This document shows, one piece after another, positions 26,987-36,629 of a stretch of 64,000 nt of DNA. Positions within the stretch are counted from its first letter, which is position 1; the number at the start of each line of letters is the position of its first letter. Source of the DNA: Clostridiaceae bacterium (GTDB lineage Bacteria > Bacillota > Clostridia > Saccharofermentanales > DTU023). A program made the translations under genes and the position numbers. The stretch spans positions 31,413 through 95,412 of the forward strand of contig JAAYKK010000006.1 of assembly GCA_012522435.1 (NCBI GenBank). Reading direction: 5' to 3'. The notes beneath the pieces were generated by a model. The model saw nothing but the letters and a program-made list of their open reading frames with translations. It was not told the origin of the DNA and made no database searches.

Positions 26987-28792
26987 ATGAGCATGCAAAA
27001 TTTTGAAAGTTACATTTCGTATTTATTACGATACCCATTAGCCTTGTTGGCCTTTTTTTTGACAATAATTTTGGCTTGGCGGTCTTTACGTAGTTTACTG
27101 AACAGATTCAAACAACATTCTACTCCCGCTCATGGTTTTTTCTTGATGTCACAAGCCGGGTCAAGGGGAGATATTGTTGAATCATTTTCTCTTTTTCATA
27201 CAACAACTTTAGGTAGTAGCAGAACGTCTGATATTAGGCTAAAAAGCAAAGGAATTGTTGGAAGACATGCTTTAATTTATTTATATGACGGTAAATGGTT
27301 TGTCAGGCCAGCTGGAAGTCATGCCGCTCTCTACCTAAACGAGCGTAAAGTTAATAATCCGAGACGAATTAAGAATCAAGATTTAATTCAACTCGGTGAT
27401 CGTATCATGGTCTTTGTTGACGAGCGAGATTCTGCAGAGATGGCAGGACAAGATTTTGAAGGTTCAATTGCGGATTGGCAAATCGGAATCGTTGATGATA
27501 AATCTATAAATAGTGGATCTTCTTGGTTTTTAGCCAGTTTGTTTTTTGTTTTAGGCTATGTTGCAGTACTTTTAATAATTCCGCCCGAGTTCCATGCTTT
27601 AAAACCTTTATATTTAATCTCCTTAGGCATATTCTTTGTCATTAGCCAAATTTATTATTTTACTTTACCGATCGTTTTTATAAATTTTGACCGAGCAGTA
27701 TATACGAGTATTATCTTTATTGCTTATTTAGGCTTAATTATTCAATCTAGATTTGCTTTTATCAATAGATTAATGCCAACTGATTGGACGGTTTCAGAAT
27801 TCCTCAAATATGTAGCTAAAGACTTTTCGGTTCAAGCCGGTGTGGCTGTTATCGGATTAACAATCTTGCCTATCATAGTTCTAGTTGCTCAACGTACTAG
27901 ATTTTTGGAAAAGATTTATTATTTATGTTTAGTCTTAACTCCTTTAATGTACTTAGCAACTTTAGTTCTCGGACGAGGAGCAGAAGAATGGGGGGCAACA
28001 CTTTGGATAAGATTGCCGGGTGGTTTTTCAATCCAATTGACGGAATTTGCGAAATTCACCTATCTGATTGTTTTGGCCTTTTTCTTTAAAATAAGACCAC
28101 CTTTAAAAACTCAATTGCTTTTTGCAGCATGGGCAGGTTTTAATTTTATGTTAATCATGTTGTTGCCTGATCTGGGTTCTATGATGATCTTATTGCCGGT
28201 TACTTTAATAGTATTTATCGTGATGACTTCTGAATATATGAAGACAGCAGGCATCTTGTTCGGGGGATCATTGATCTTTTTTATAGCGTACAAATTATTA
28301 TCTTATGTACAAAACAGACTTCACGGTTGGCTTACCTTATGGACTGAAACAAATGCTTTTAATGAACAAATTATTTTCGGTCTACAAGCTATAGCTAGAG
28401 GAGGTCTTTTCGGAAGAGGTTTAGGCGTGGGAAATCCTAATTCAATTCCCTTAGCATCATCTGATATGGTTTTCGCTGTCATAGGAGAAGAAATGGGCAT
28501 TCTGGTTGGAATGGCGATAATCCTATGTTTTATTATTATTTGGCTCCGTGGTGCTAATTCTGCAGCAAAAGTGCGTGATGGATTTACTTCAAGTTTAATT
28601 TTAGCTTTGGCAACCTACTTTTTTGTTGAATCTGCTGTTGTAATTGCCGGTACGACCGGTCTGATGCCTTTAACCGGAGCAACTTTACCAATGATTGCTA
28701 AAGGCGGAAGTTCGATGATTGCCAAATGGCTGATGATTGGCACGTTAATAGGTCTTTGTTGTAGAAACGAGGAAGGAGCGTATAAAAAATGA
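26987..28792 (+). CDS. Fusion protein: N-terminal TM helix + FHA-like domain + SEDS (FtsW/RodA/SpoVE) peptidoglycan polymerase
   Basis: FHA-like stretch GSSRTSDIRL..GIVGRHALIY..KWFVRP..LYLNERKV..LGDRIMVF, followed by a roughly 10-TM SEDS core (FAKFTYLIVLAFF, SDMVFAVIGEEMG, MPLTGATLPMIAKGGSSM). Confidence 0.8.
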   Translation: MSMQNFESYISYLLRYPLALLAFFLTIILAWRSLRSLLNRFKQHSTPAHGFFLMSQAGSRGDIVESFSLFHTTTLGSSRTSDIRLKSKGIVGRHALIYLYDGKWFVRPAGSHAALYLNERKVNNPRRIKNQDLIQLGDRIMVFVDERDSAEMAGQDFEGSIADWQIGIVDDKSINSGSSWFLASLFFVLGYVAVLLIIPPEFHALKPLYLISLGIFFVISQIYYFTLPIVFINFDRAVYTSIIFIAYLGLIIQSRFAFINRLMPTDWTVSEFLKYVAKDFSVQAGVAVIGLTILPIIVLVAQRTRFLEKIYYLCLVLTPLMYLATLVLGRGAEEWGATLWIRLPGGFSIQLTEFAKFTYLIVLAFFFKIRPPLKTQLLFAAWAGFNFMLIMLLPDLGSMMILLPVTLIVFIVMTSEYMKTAGILFGGSLIFFIAYKLLSYVQNRLHGWLTLWTETNAFNEQIIFGLQAIARGGLFGRGLGVGNPNSIPLASSDMVFAVIGEEMGILVGMAIILCFIIIWLRGANSAAKVRDGFTSSLILALATYFFVESAVVIAGTTGLMPLTGATLPMIAKGGSSMIAKWLMIGTLIGLCCRNEEGAYKK

Positions 28793-30210
28793 AACAATTA
28801 ATGCGCAGTTTAAAAACGACCTTGCTCTTTTTTCTGGTAATTTCTCTTGCTTTATTGGCAGGTATAGTATTACAACAAAATAAAAGTCAAAGGTTATTAC
28901 TTCAATCAAGCAATGAAAATAAAGCTGCCCTGGCATCTCGCTATAGTAATGCCGGAACAATCTACTCTAGAGATATGACAAGGCTTGCATATAGCCAAAA
29001 TGGGCAAAGATATTATGCCGATAATCCTGAACTTGCCAGAGCTATGGTGCAAACAATTGGTGATTATACCCATAATATTGGTAATACTATTGAAGGAGCT
29101 TATCAAGATAGATTAATCGGTACGGGGAGGACTTTTTTTCAACAAGTTTTCTTCGATTTTGCAGGCAAGGGTTTGACAGGTGACGACATAATTCTGACTG
29201 TAAACTCAGAATTGATCCTTTATGCTCAACAATTGCTTGGCGATTCTAGAGGATCAATTGTCTTGCTGAATTATCAAACTGGGGGAATTATCTGTTTAGT
29301 CAGTACACCGAATACATATCCTGACAATGTTGTAACTTGGACTGATATACCTGAATCTTCTTTATTTAACCGTAGTATCTTGGGAGGATATTCTCCCGGT
29401 TCGACATTCAAGGCTGTTACAGGAACTGCCTGGACAGAGTCGGATCTATTTGATCCGAATTATGTAATGTATTGTCGAGGTCAGGAGCCTCTTTTAGGTA
29501 CCGGATCGGTTACAGAAGATAGAGGAGAAGGGGCTCATGGTGAAGTCGATTTGCAATCAGCTTTTCAAATTTCTTGTAATCACTTTTTTGGTGATATAGG
29601 AGTGCAAATAGGATCAGAACAAATGCTGAAAACTGCCGAACAGTTTGGATTTAACGAAACACTTTCTGTAGGGCGATTAATAGCTAAAACCGGTACATAC
29701 AAGACTGTACCCGATGATCAGTTTTTACTGTCTTGGCAAGCGATCGGACAACCGATAGATGTTAATGAATTAACAGTTTCGCCACTTCATTTGGCAATGA
29801 TCTCAGGAACTATCGCTAATCAGGGCATTATGATGCAACCCTATTTGATTCACAATTTTGTTGGGCCTTTAGGTTCTAATTATGATGCAACCCAACCTGA
29901 GACATTTAGCAGAATTAACTCAACTGCCAATATTGAGCTGATCAAGGAAGATCTGATTGCAACAGTTGAACAGGGGAGAGCATACGGATCTTATATTCAA
30001 GGTTATACTATCGGTGGAAAAACCGGCACTGCTGAATCGGTGAATGACACCGGTGAACTGCAAACCAACTCTCTTTATACCGGGTTTATTGATAATCCAC
30101 AGCATCCTTATGCGATAGGTATGGTCATTGAAGATGGAATCTATGATACACCGGCTATTGCTGGTGCAATCTTGAATAAGGCAATCGAATTGAATTTGAA
30201 GGACAATTAA
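28789..30210 (+). CDS. Class B penicillin-binding protein (PbpA/PBP2-type transpeptidase)
   Basis: N-terminal TM anchor, SPGSTFK active-site motif, and GGKTGTA (KTG box). ATGA overlap with the SEDS gene. Confidence 0.88.
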   Translation: MKQLMRSLKTTLLFFLVISLALLAGIVLQQNKSQRLLLQSSNENKAALASRYSNAGTIYSRDMTRLAYSQNGQRYYADNPELARAMVQTIGDYTHNIGNTIEGAYQDRLIGTGRTFFQQVFFDFAGKGLTGDDIILTVNSELILYAQQLLGDSRGSIVLLNYQTGGIICLVSTPNTYPDNVVTWTDIPESSLFNRSILGGYSPGSTFKAVTGTAWTESDLFDPNYVMYCRGQEPLLGTGSVTEDRGEGAHGEVDLQSAFQISCNHFFGDIGVQIGSEQMLKTAEQFGFNETLSVGRLIAKTGTYKTVPDDQFLLSWQAIGQPIDVNELTVSPLHLAMISGTIANQGIMMQPYLIHNFVGPLGSNYDATQPETFSRINSTANIELIKEDLIATVEQGRAYGSYIQGYTIGGKTGTAESVNDTGELQTNSLYTGFIDNPQHPYAIGMVIEDGIYDTPAIAGAILNKAIELNLKDN

Positions 30211-30292
30211 AGCTAGGTTTGGGTATTTATCATTTTTATTTTCAGATGTGTTAGTATATATCTGTAAAAATATCGTTATTAGAGGAGCAAAT

Positions 30293-30463
30293 ATGCCAAG
30301 ATTAAGAACCTCAAAATATATGAATCGAGTCAATAATTCTAGTAGTTTAAAATATGGTGTGCAAGTTGCAGTTATTTCTATCGGAGTTATTCTAGGGATT
30401 GTTACAGCAATACTTGCTTCAGCATTTATTTTCTTTGGGGATTTAATAAAAACATTTTTTTAA
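30293..30463 (+). CDS. Small single-pass membrane protein (56 aa), unknown function
   Basis: AGAGGAG lies 6 nt before the ATG at 30293. Basic N-terminus, then one TM helix (VAVISIGVILGIVTAILASAFIFF). I recognise no family. Confidence 0.45.
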   Translation: MPRLRTSKYMNRVNNSSSLKYGVQVAVISIGVILGIVTAILASAFIFFGDLIKTFF

Positions 30464-30502
30464 TCAGTTAAAACTAGAGTAATTTTTAACTGATTATTTG
30501 TT
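30462..30502 (+). terminator. Perfect 12-bp hairpin between the small ORF and polA (possible terminator/attenuator)
   Basis: AATCAGTTAAAA - 10 nt - TTTTAACTGATT, followed by ATTTGTTT. It ends about 10 nt before the polA Shine-Dalgarno. Confidence 0.5.
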
Positions 30503-30521
30503 TCTGCAAGAGGAGTATATT

Positions 30522-33143
30522 TTGTCTAAGAAATTTTTTGAAAAAAAAGAGCGTAAGCATTTGATGTTAATTGACGGTAACAGCTTAATAAACCGCGCTT
30601 TTTATGCGGGAGCGGGACGTAGCATGCTTACTACACCCGATGGGACACCAAGCGGAGCCGTTTTTACTTTTCTAAATATGCTGTTAAGTTATACTGAACT
30701 GATCGATCCGGACAGCATTATTGTAGCATTCGATCGTCCGGAAAAAACTTTTAGACATGATATGTATGATGATTATAAAGGCACTCGTAAACCGATGCCG
30801 GATGATCTGGCAATTCAAATTCCGCTACTAAAAGAAATGCTGGATGCTCTTAAGATCTGTAGAGTTGAAGAACCGGGATATGAAGCGGATGATTTAATCG
30901 GCACCTACGCTAAAATAGCGGAACAAGATGATTATGATGTGTATATTGTTACCGGGGATAAAGACAGTTTTCAATTGATTAGAGATCATGTTTTTATTGT
31001 TTTGCCTGTAACGAGACGCGGATCTACTTCTGATGATTTAGTAGATCGAGAGACTTTTAAAGCTGAATACAATTTTGAACCGGAACAATTTGTCGATTTT
31101 AAAGCAATCATGGGCGATTCTTCCGATAACATTCCCGGAATTAAAGGTATTGGCCAAGTAGGAGCAGCTGACTTAATTCAAGATCATGGTACCTTACAAC
31201 AAATATATAATGAATTGGACCATGATCAAGAAAAAATTCAAAATAAATATCGTAAAAAACTGACCATAGATCGTGACATGGCATTTTTATCATATGAATT
31301 AGCTCAAATTAATTCAGATGCACCAATTAGAGTAAAGGCTAAAGATGCAATAAAAGAAGATCCTAATCCGGAAAAGCTGGGTGCTTTTTTCGCGAAAATG
31401 GGTTTCCAAACAATGTTCGAGCGTTTTGAGCTTGATCCGCTTGATACAGTTGTAGATAAAGAAGAATTAGCTCAATTGACTGAGCAAAAAGATATTTCTG
31501 ATTTTATCGAACAGACAGGAATAGATAGTATTGTTTGGCTTATTTTACCAAATCAAAACAGCTTTATGTTAAGCAAATCGGGTGGTTATATTATTCTCGA
31601 ACCCCTCCAGGTTCAAACTGCTGCTGAACATTTATTTGCTATAAATAACTTGTTTATAGTTTGGGATTATAAGAAGTGGTTAAATACCTTGGATCTAGGC
31701 CAACTCCATCATCAACCTTTTGATATTAAAGTTGCAGCTTATCTTTTGAATCAGGGTAAACCTGAGGAATTTGCTTCTGTTTATCAGAATATTTTTCAAG
31801 AAAATTTTCCCAGCTTAAAAAAGAATTCCTCCTTAGAGGAACAAATTAATTATGCTAAACAAAAAGCGATGTCTCTCTTAATAATTCACCAAAGACAACG
31901 CGCGCAAATCCGTGAGCTCAATCTGGAATTTTTAGCTTATGAGATAGAGATGCCTTTAACACCAATTTTATTTGCTATGGAGAAATACGGTGTTTTTGCT
32001 GATAAAGATCAACTTGATCAGCTTAACAAAGTAATGCTAACTGAATTATCCAAGCTGGAACAGCAAATCTTTGAATATTCAACAGGAGAATTCAATGTTA
32101 ATTCCAGTCAACAATTAAGCGATGTTTTATTTAATCAATTAGAACTTCCTCCGGGAAGAAAACTTGCCAGCGGTTATTATTCGACTGCAGCAGGTGAACT
32201 TGAGCGCTTAAAGGGAATGCATCCAATTATAGATCTTATTACTGAATATAGAGAAATCAGTAAATTAAATTCAACCTTTGTTGATGGTTTGCGTAAAGCA
32301 ATTGACCCAAATGATGGCAGAATCCATACAACATATCATCAGACTTCGACCAGTACGGGACGTTTATCCAGCACTGATCCTAATTTGCAAAATATACCGA
32401 TTCGTTCTGAAAGATCAAAGGAAATCCGCAATGTTTTTGCTGCAAAACCCGGTTATAAATTAGTCGGAGCAGATTATTCGCAAATCGAATTACGCTTATT
32501 GGCACATCTATCTGAAGATCCCAACTTGATCAAAGCTTTCAGAGAGAATATTGATATTCATAGTAATACAGCAATGAAAATGTTTGATAAAGAAGTGACA
32601 GAAATTACACCTAAAGAACGGGCATTGGCCAAAACGGTTAACTTTAGCATAGTTTACGGTGTTACTCCATTCGGCTTATCTCAGGATTTGAAATCTTCTG
32701 TGGACATTGCCTCCGATTATATCAATTCCTATTATGATCACTATACTTCAGTTAAACCTTATTTAGAGTCATTGATAGTTAAAGCAAGGGAACAGGGTTA
32801 TGTAGAAACTATGTTCGGTAGAAGACGTTATATTCCCGAATTATCTTCTAGCCAATTTCATACCAGAAGTTTTGGTGAACGAGCAGCTATGAATGCTCCT
32901 TTGCAGGGAAGCGCTGCTGATTTGATTAAATTGGCGATGAATAAGATTGATAAAATCTTGAAACAAGAGAATTTACAAGCTAGGATAATTTTACAAGTAC
33001 ATGACGAATTGATTCTTGAAGTACCGGATCAGGAAGTGGAACAGGTAAGTCAGATTCTGCAGCAAGGTATGGAAAGTGTAGTTGAGCTTAATGTTCCATT
33101 AATAGCAGAAGTCTCGGCCGGCAATTCTTGGGCCGAAATTTAA
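30522..33143 (+). CDS. polA: DNA polymerase I
   Basis: 5' nuclease domain (LIDGNSLINRAFYA, GDKDSFQL) and polymerase motifs DYSQIELRLLAH and QVHDELILEV. AGAGGAG lies 7 nt before the TTG at 30522. Confidence 0.93.
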   Translation: MSKKFFEKKERKHLMLIDGNSLINRAFYAGAGRSMLTTPDGTPSGAVFTFLNMLLSYTELIDPDSIIVAFDRPEKTFRHDMYDDYKGTRKPMPDDLAIQIPLLKEMLDALKICRVEEPGYEADDLIGTYAKIAEQDDYDVYIVTGDKDSFQLIRDHVFIVLPVTRRGSTSDDLVDRETFKAEYNFEPEQFVDFKAIMGDSSDNIPGIKGIGQVGAADLIQDHGTLQQIYNELDHDQEKIQNKYRKKLTIDRDMAFLSYELAQINSDAPIRVKAKDAIKEDPNPEKLGAFFAKMGFQTMFERFELDPLDTVVDKEELAQLTEQKDISDFIEQTGIDSIVWLILPNQNSFMLSKSGGYIILEPLQVQTAAEHLFAINNLFIVWDYKKWLNTLDLGQLHHQPFDIKVAAYLLNQGKPEEFASVYQNIFQENFPSLKKNSSLEEQINYAKQKAMSLLIIHQRQRAQIRELNLEFLAYEIEMPLTPILFAMEKYGVFADKDQLDQLNKVMLTELSKLEQQIFEYSTGEFNVNSSQQLSDVLFNQLELPPGRKLASGYYSTAAGELERLKGMHPIIDLITEYREISKLNSTFVDGLRKAIDPNDGRIHTTYHQTSTSTGRLSSTDPNLQNIPIRSERSKEIRNVFAAKPGYKLVGADYSQIELRLLAHLSEDPNLIKAFRENIDIHSNTAMKMFDKEVTEITPKERALAKTVNFSIVYGVTPFGLSQDLKSSVDIASDYINSYYDHYTSVKPYLESLIVKAREQGYVETMFGRRRYIPELSSSQFHTRSFGERAAMNAPLQGSAADLIKLAMNKIDKILKQENLQARIILQVHDELILEVPDQEVEQVSQILQQGMESVVELNVPLIAEVSAGNSWAEI

Positions 33144-33761
33144 TTAAATTTTATTAAAGGAGAGACCACGAGGTGTTAATACCTCACTCAAAATTTGATT
33201 AACTTGTTTCCTTAAATAATCGAAGTCATGGTTATTTACAATATCAAGATCTGCGAGCTCGCTGTACTCTTCCGGTGTCATTTGAACCGCCATTCGTCTT
33301 AAGGCTTCGTTTCTACTGAGACCTCTAATTTCAAGGCGTTTTAATCTGATCTCTTTATCTGAAGTAACGTTCCAAACCAGATCGGAGCGATCGAGAAATC
33401 CTTCTTTAACCGGAATGGGCACATCCAGCACAGCAACTTTTGCCCCGGAATTTTCCAGCTCATCAAGATAAATTCCCATTTGTTTAATAGTATATTTATG
33501 TACAATTAAGCTTAAAGAATCAAGAGCTTTTTTATCTTGGAAAACCAAATCGGACATTTTTTTTCTATTTAAGGAACCATCTGTATTGATAAATTCTTCG
33601 CCGAAAACATCAATAATTTCCGGTATTGCAAGCCCTTCGCTTTGAGTTACACTATGAGAAATTTTATCGGCATCTAAGACAGACAAACCGGCCTCACGGC
33701 ATAAACTTGCCACTGTACTTTTTCCTGTGCCGATTCCTCCCGTAATCCCTATTACAAACAT
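33144..33761 (-). CDS. coaE: Dephospho-CoA kinase
   Basis: P-loop GITGGIGTGKST, 205 aa, typical CoaE length and layout. Confidence 0.9.
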   Translation of the reverse strand: MFVIGITGGIGTGKSTVASLCREAGLSVLDADKISHSVTQSEGLAIPEIIDVFGEEFINTDGSLNRKKMSDLVFQDKKALDSLSLIVHKYTIKQMGIYLDELENSGAKVAVLDVPIPVKEGFLDRSDLVWNVTSDKEIRLKRLEIRGLSRNEALRRMAVQMTPEEYSELADLDIVNNHDFDYLRKQVNQILSEVLTPRGLSFNKI

Positions 33762-33823
33762 AATTTCTTACTTTCTTAACTATTCCTTAACCACGGATTG
33801 ATTATTTGATACAAGTATATTAG

Positions 33824-34912
33824 TTATACATTAAATCTAAATTCTACTATATCACCGTCTTGCATCACATAATCTTTACCTTCTGACTTAACCAAGCCTT
33901 TTTCTCTAGCTGCAGGAATTGAACCGAGTGCTACCAGATTTTCAAATTTGACTACTTCAGCCCGTATAAAACCTCTCTCAAAGTCTGAATGAATTTTCCC
34001 GGCAGCCTGTGGAGCTTTAGTACCTTTATCTATCGTCCAAGCTCTAATCTCATTCTCACCGATTGTTAAATAGGATATTAAACCCAGCAATTCATAACCG
34101 GCAGCAATAATTTGATCAAGACCACTTTGTTTTATGCCCAAGCTTTCAATAAATTCAGCAGCTTCTTCCGCATCAAGTGTCTGTAATTCTTCTTCAATCT
34201 TTGCACTTACCATAACTACTTTATCATGATCTAACTTGGCATATTCTTGCAGTAATTTTACCTGTTCCGGTACAGTGCCAATTTCATCCTCACTGATATT
34301 AGCAACATAGAGAACCGGTTTAGAAGATAAAAGAAATAACTCTTTGGTGAAGGGAATTTCACTCTCATCTAATTCATAAGTTCTGGCAGGATGCTCTGCT
34401 TCTAAATGGGCCATCAGTTTTTGTAAAAATTCTTTTTCTTGAATCAGTTTTTTGTCTCCACTTTTTGCTGCTCTACTGACCCTTTCAATTCTTCTCTCAA
34501 GATATTCAATATCTGATAAGATCAGTTCTAGCTGAATTATCCCTGCATCACGAACTGAATCGGCTTCGCCTGAGACATGGATAATGTTACTATCCGAAAA
34601 GCAACGTACTACATGAACAATAGCATCAGTCTCTCTGATATTCGCTAAAAACTGATTACCTAAACCTTCTCCGCGACTTGCTCCCTCAACCAATCCGGCA
34701 ATATCAACAAATTCAATAGTTGCAGGAACAACTTTTTTTGAGTGGAATATTTCATCTAAGATAAACAAGCGCTGGTCTGGTACATTAACAACGCCAATAT
34801 TCGGATCAATTGTACAAAAAGCATAATTTGCAACTTCAGCTCCCGCATGAGTTAATGCATTGAACAATGTACTTTTACCAACATTCGGCAATCCAACAAT
34901 TCCTAATTTCAT
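33824..34912 (-). CDS. ychF: Ribosome-binding ATPase YchF (Obg-like)
   Basis: MKLGIVGLPNVGKSTLFNALT, DIAGLV, and C-terminal TGS (IHSDFERGFIRAEV). Confidence 0.95.
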   Translation of the reverse strand: MKLGIVGLPNVGKSTLFNALTHAGAEVANYAFCTIDPNIGVVNVPDQRLFILDEIFHSKKVVPATIEFVDIAGLVEGASRGEGLGNQFLANIRETDAIVHVVRCFSDSNIIHVSGEADSVRDAGIIQLELILSDIEYLERRIERVSRAAKSGDKKLIQEKEFLQKLMAHLEAEHPARTYELDESEIPFTKELFLLSSKPVLYVANISEDEIGTVPEQVKLLQEYAKLDHDKVVMVSAKIEEELQTLDAEEAAEFIESLGIKQSGLDQIIAAGYELLGLISYLTIGENEIRAWTIDKGTKAPQAAGKIHSDFERGFIRAEVVKFENLVALGSIPAAREKGLVKSEGKDYVMQDGDIVEFRFNV

Positions 34913-35073
34913 ATATTAATTGAGATATTAATCTCTATCCTTTCAAAATATTATTCTTAATAACTTTACTACTTTTTTTCAGATTTTCCCAAAATGAAGC
35001 AATAAACTTACTAATTTCCAACATATCATATCAATAACAAGTAGATTATTAGAAATATGCATACGAGGAGTTA

Positions 35074-36621
35074 TTGAAAGTGAAATTTGCGAAAGTTAAA
35101 ACTGCAATCATTACAGGTTTAAAAATCAATATTGCAGATTTGGAAATAACAATTTTATCCGGTTTTCCAGTTTTTGAAATTAGCGGTATTAGCAACAATA
35201 AAGGGCAACAATGTTTCAGTAGAGTAAGGGCAGCCTTGAAAAATAACGGTTTTCAAATTCCTAGAGGTAGAATTATTTGCCATTTGACAAAAGAAATAAA
35301 TAATGGGGATGTTAGAACGATTGATCTTGCTCTAGCCTTAGCTTTATTAATTGCTGATCAACAGATTAGTAATCTTCAAAATATAACCTGGTTTATTGTT
35401 GGACAGTTGGGACTATCGGGCAGTATCCAAAAAACCAGCGGTATCTTTGCAATGAGTAGAGAACTTGAATTGGAAAAATATTATTGGATAATACCGCAAA
35501 TTAACCAAAACGAATTGCAAAATACTGTTCTCGAACGGAAATATGTAGCGAAAGATATTTCCGTGGCTGCAGAAATTATCGAAGGAAAGAACTTATCTTT
35601 ACATCAACCACGGTTGGAAAAGACTCTTATGCCCAATTCTATATCTGAACCGATCTACGAAATTCTAGGACAGCCATTGGCTAAACGTGCTGTTTTAATA
35701 GCTTTAGCAGGTTGGCATCCATTATTGTTAATCGGATCTCCTGGAAGCGGGAAGACAACCATAGCTGAACAAACTCCTTATTTTATGCCAGCTTTAAATG
35801 AAAAGGAACTTGATGAAGTAAGAAAAATATATTCTTTAAACGGTTTATGGAATCAAGAAACAAATCTAGGAATAATAAGACCATATAAAGCTCCGCATCA
35901 TACTGTGACTCAAATGGCATTAATCGGCGGAGGTCCTAATTTAACGCCGGGTATTATCACTCAAGCCCACAACGGAATTTTGTTTTTGGATGAATTTAGT
36001 GAATTTAAACCTCAGATATTGGAATTGCTAAAAAAACCTTTATCTGAAAAGCAAATTAATTTAGCAAGAAAAAATGAACAACAACAGTATCCGGCAAATT
36101 TTCTCCTAATTGCTGCCACAAATCCTTGTCCTTGCGGCTATCTATTTGAAAAAGATAGTCGTTGCAAATGCAGTTTAGCTGATATCAATCGCTTCAAGAA
36201 AAAAATACAAGGAGCATTATTAGATCGTTTTCAACTAGTTGTTATGATGAATGACTTAGCTCAAACAGAATTGATAAAAACAGCACACACAAAAGTTATT
36301 GAGCAAACAAAAATTGAAAAAATTCAAAATCAAATAAGACAAGCTCAAGTTATGCAAGATGAGCGCTGTATTTCGAATAAGATTTCTCCAGAAAGAAATG
36401 CTCTGATTAAGGTAAATCGCTTAGCAAACTTTTTTCAAATTGTGGAACAAGATTTAAAATCATTCAACAACTTAATCAAAAGAAATTCTTTTTCGCCTCG
36501 CACATATTTGGCAATCTTAAGGGTAGCTAGAACTATAGCGGATCTAGAAGAAAGCACCCGAGTCAAACAAGAACATCTACATGAGGCTTTATTACTTAGA
36601 CAAAAACTTAATCTATATTAG
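35074..36621 (+). CDS. comM: Mg-chelatase-like AAA+ protein YifB/ComM
   Basis: Lon-protease-like N-terminal domain, Walker A GSPGSGKTT, GILFLDEFSEF, and Cys cluster NPCPCGY. Sits next to dprA. Confidence 0.85.
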   Translation: MKVKFAKVKTAIITGLKINIADLEITILSGFPVFEISGISNNKGQQCFSRVRAALKNNGFQIPRGRIICHLTKEINNGDVRTIDLALALALLIADQQISNLQNITWFIVGQLGLSGSIQKTSGIFAMSRELELEKYYWIIPQINQNELQNTVLERKYVAKDISVAAEIIEGKNLSLHQPRLEKTLMPNSISEPIYEILGQPLAKRAVLIALAGWHPLLLIGSPGSGKTTIAEQTPYFMPALNEKELDEVRKIYSLNGLWNQETNLGIIRPYKAPHHTVTQMALIGGGPNLTPGIITQAHNGILFLDEFSEFKPQILELLKKPLSEKQINLARKNEQQQYPANFLLIAATNPCPCGYLFEKDSRCKCSLADINRFKKKIQGALLDRFQLVVMMNDLAQTELIKTAHTKVIEQTKIEKIQNQIRQAQVMQDERCISNKISPERNALIKVNRLANFFQIVEQDLKSFNNLIKRNSFSPRTYLAILRVARTIADLEESTRVKQEHLHEALLLRQKLNLY

Positions 36622-36629
36622 AGGTCGAC

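Noticed and set aside
29920-30333. 137-aa minus-strand ORF spanning the PBP 3' end and the small-ORF region
   Set aside because: It is antisense to a well-supported PBP. It has no SD or domain signature and a Cys/Ile-rich composition typical of antisense frames in AT-rich DNA.
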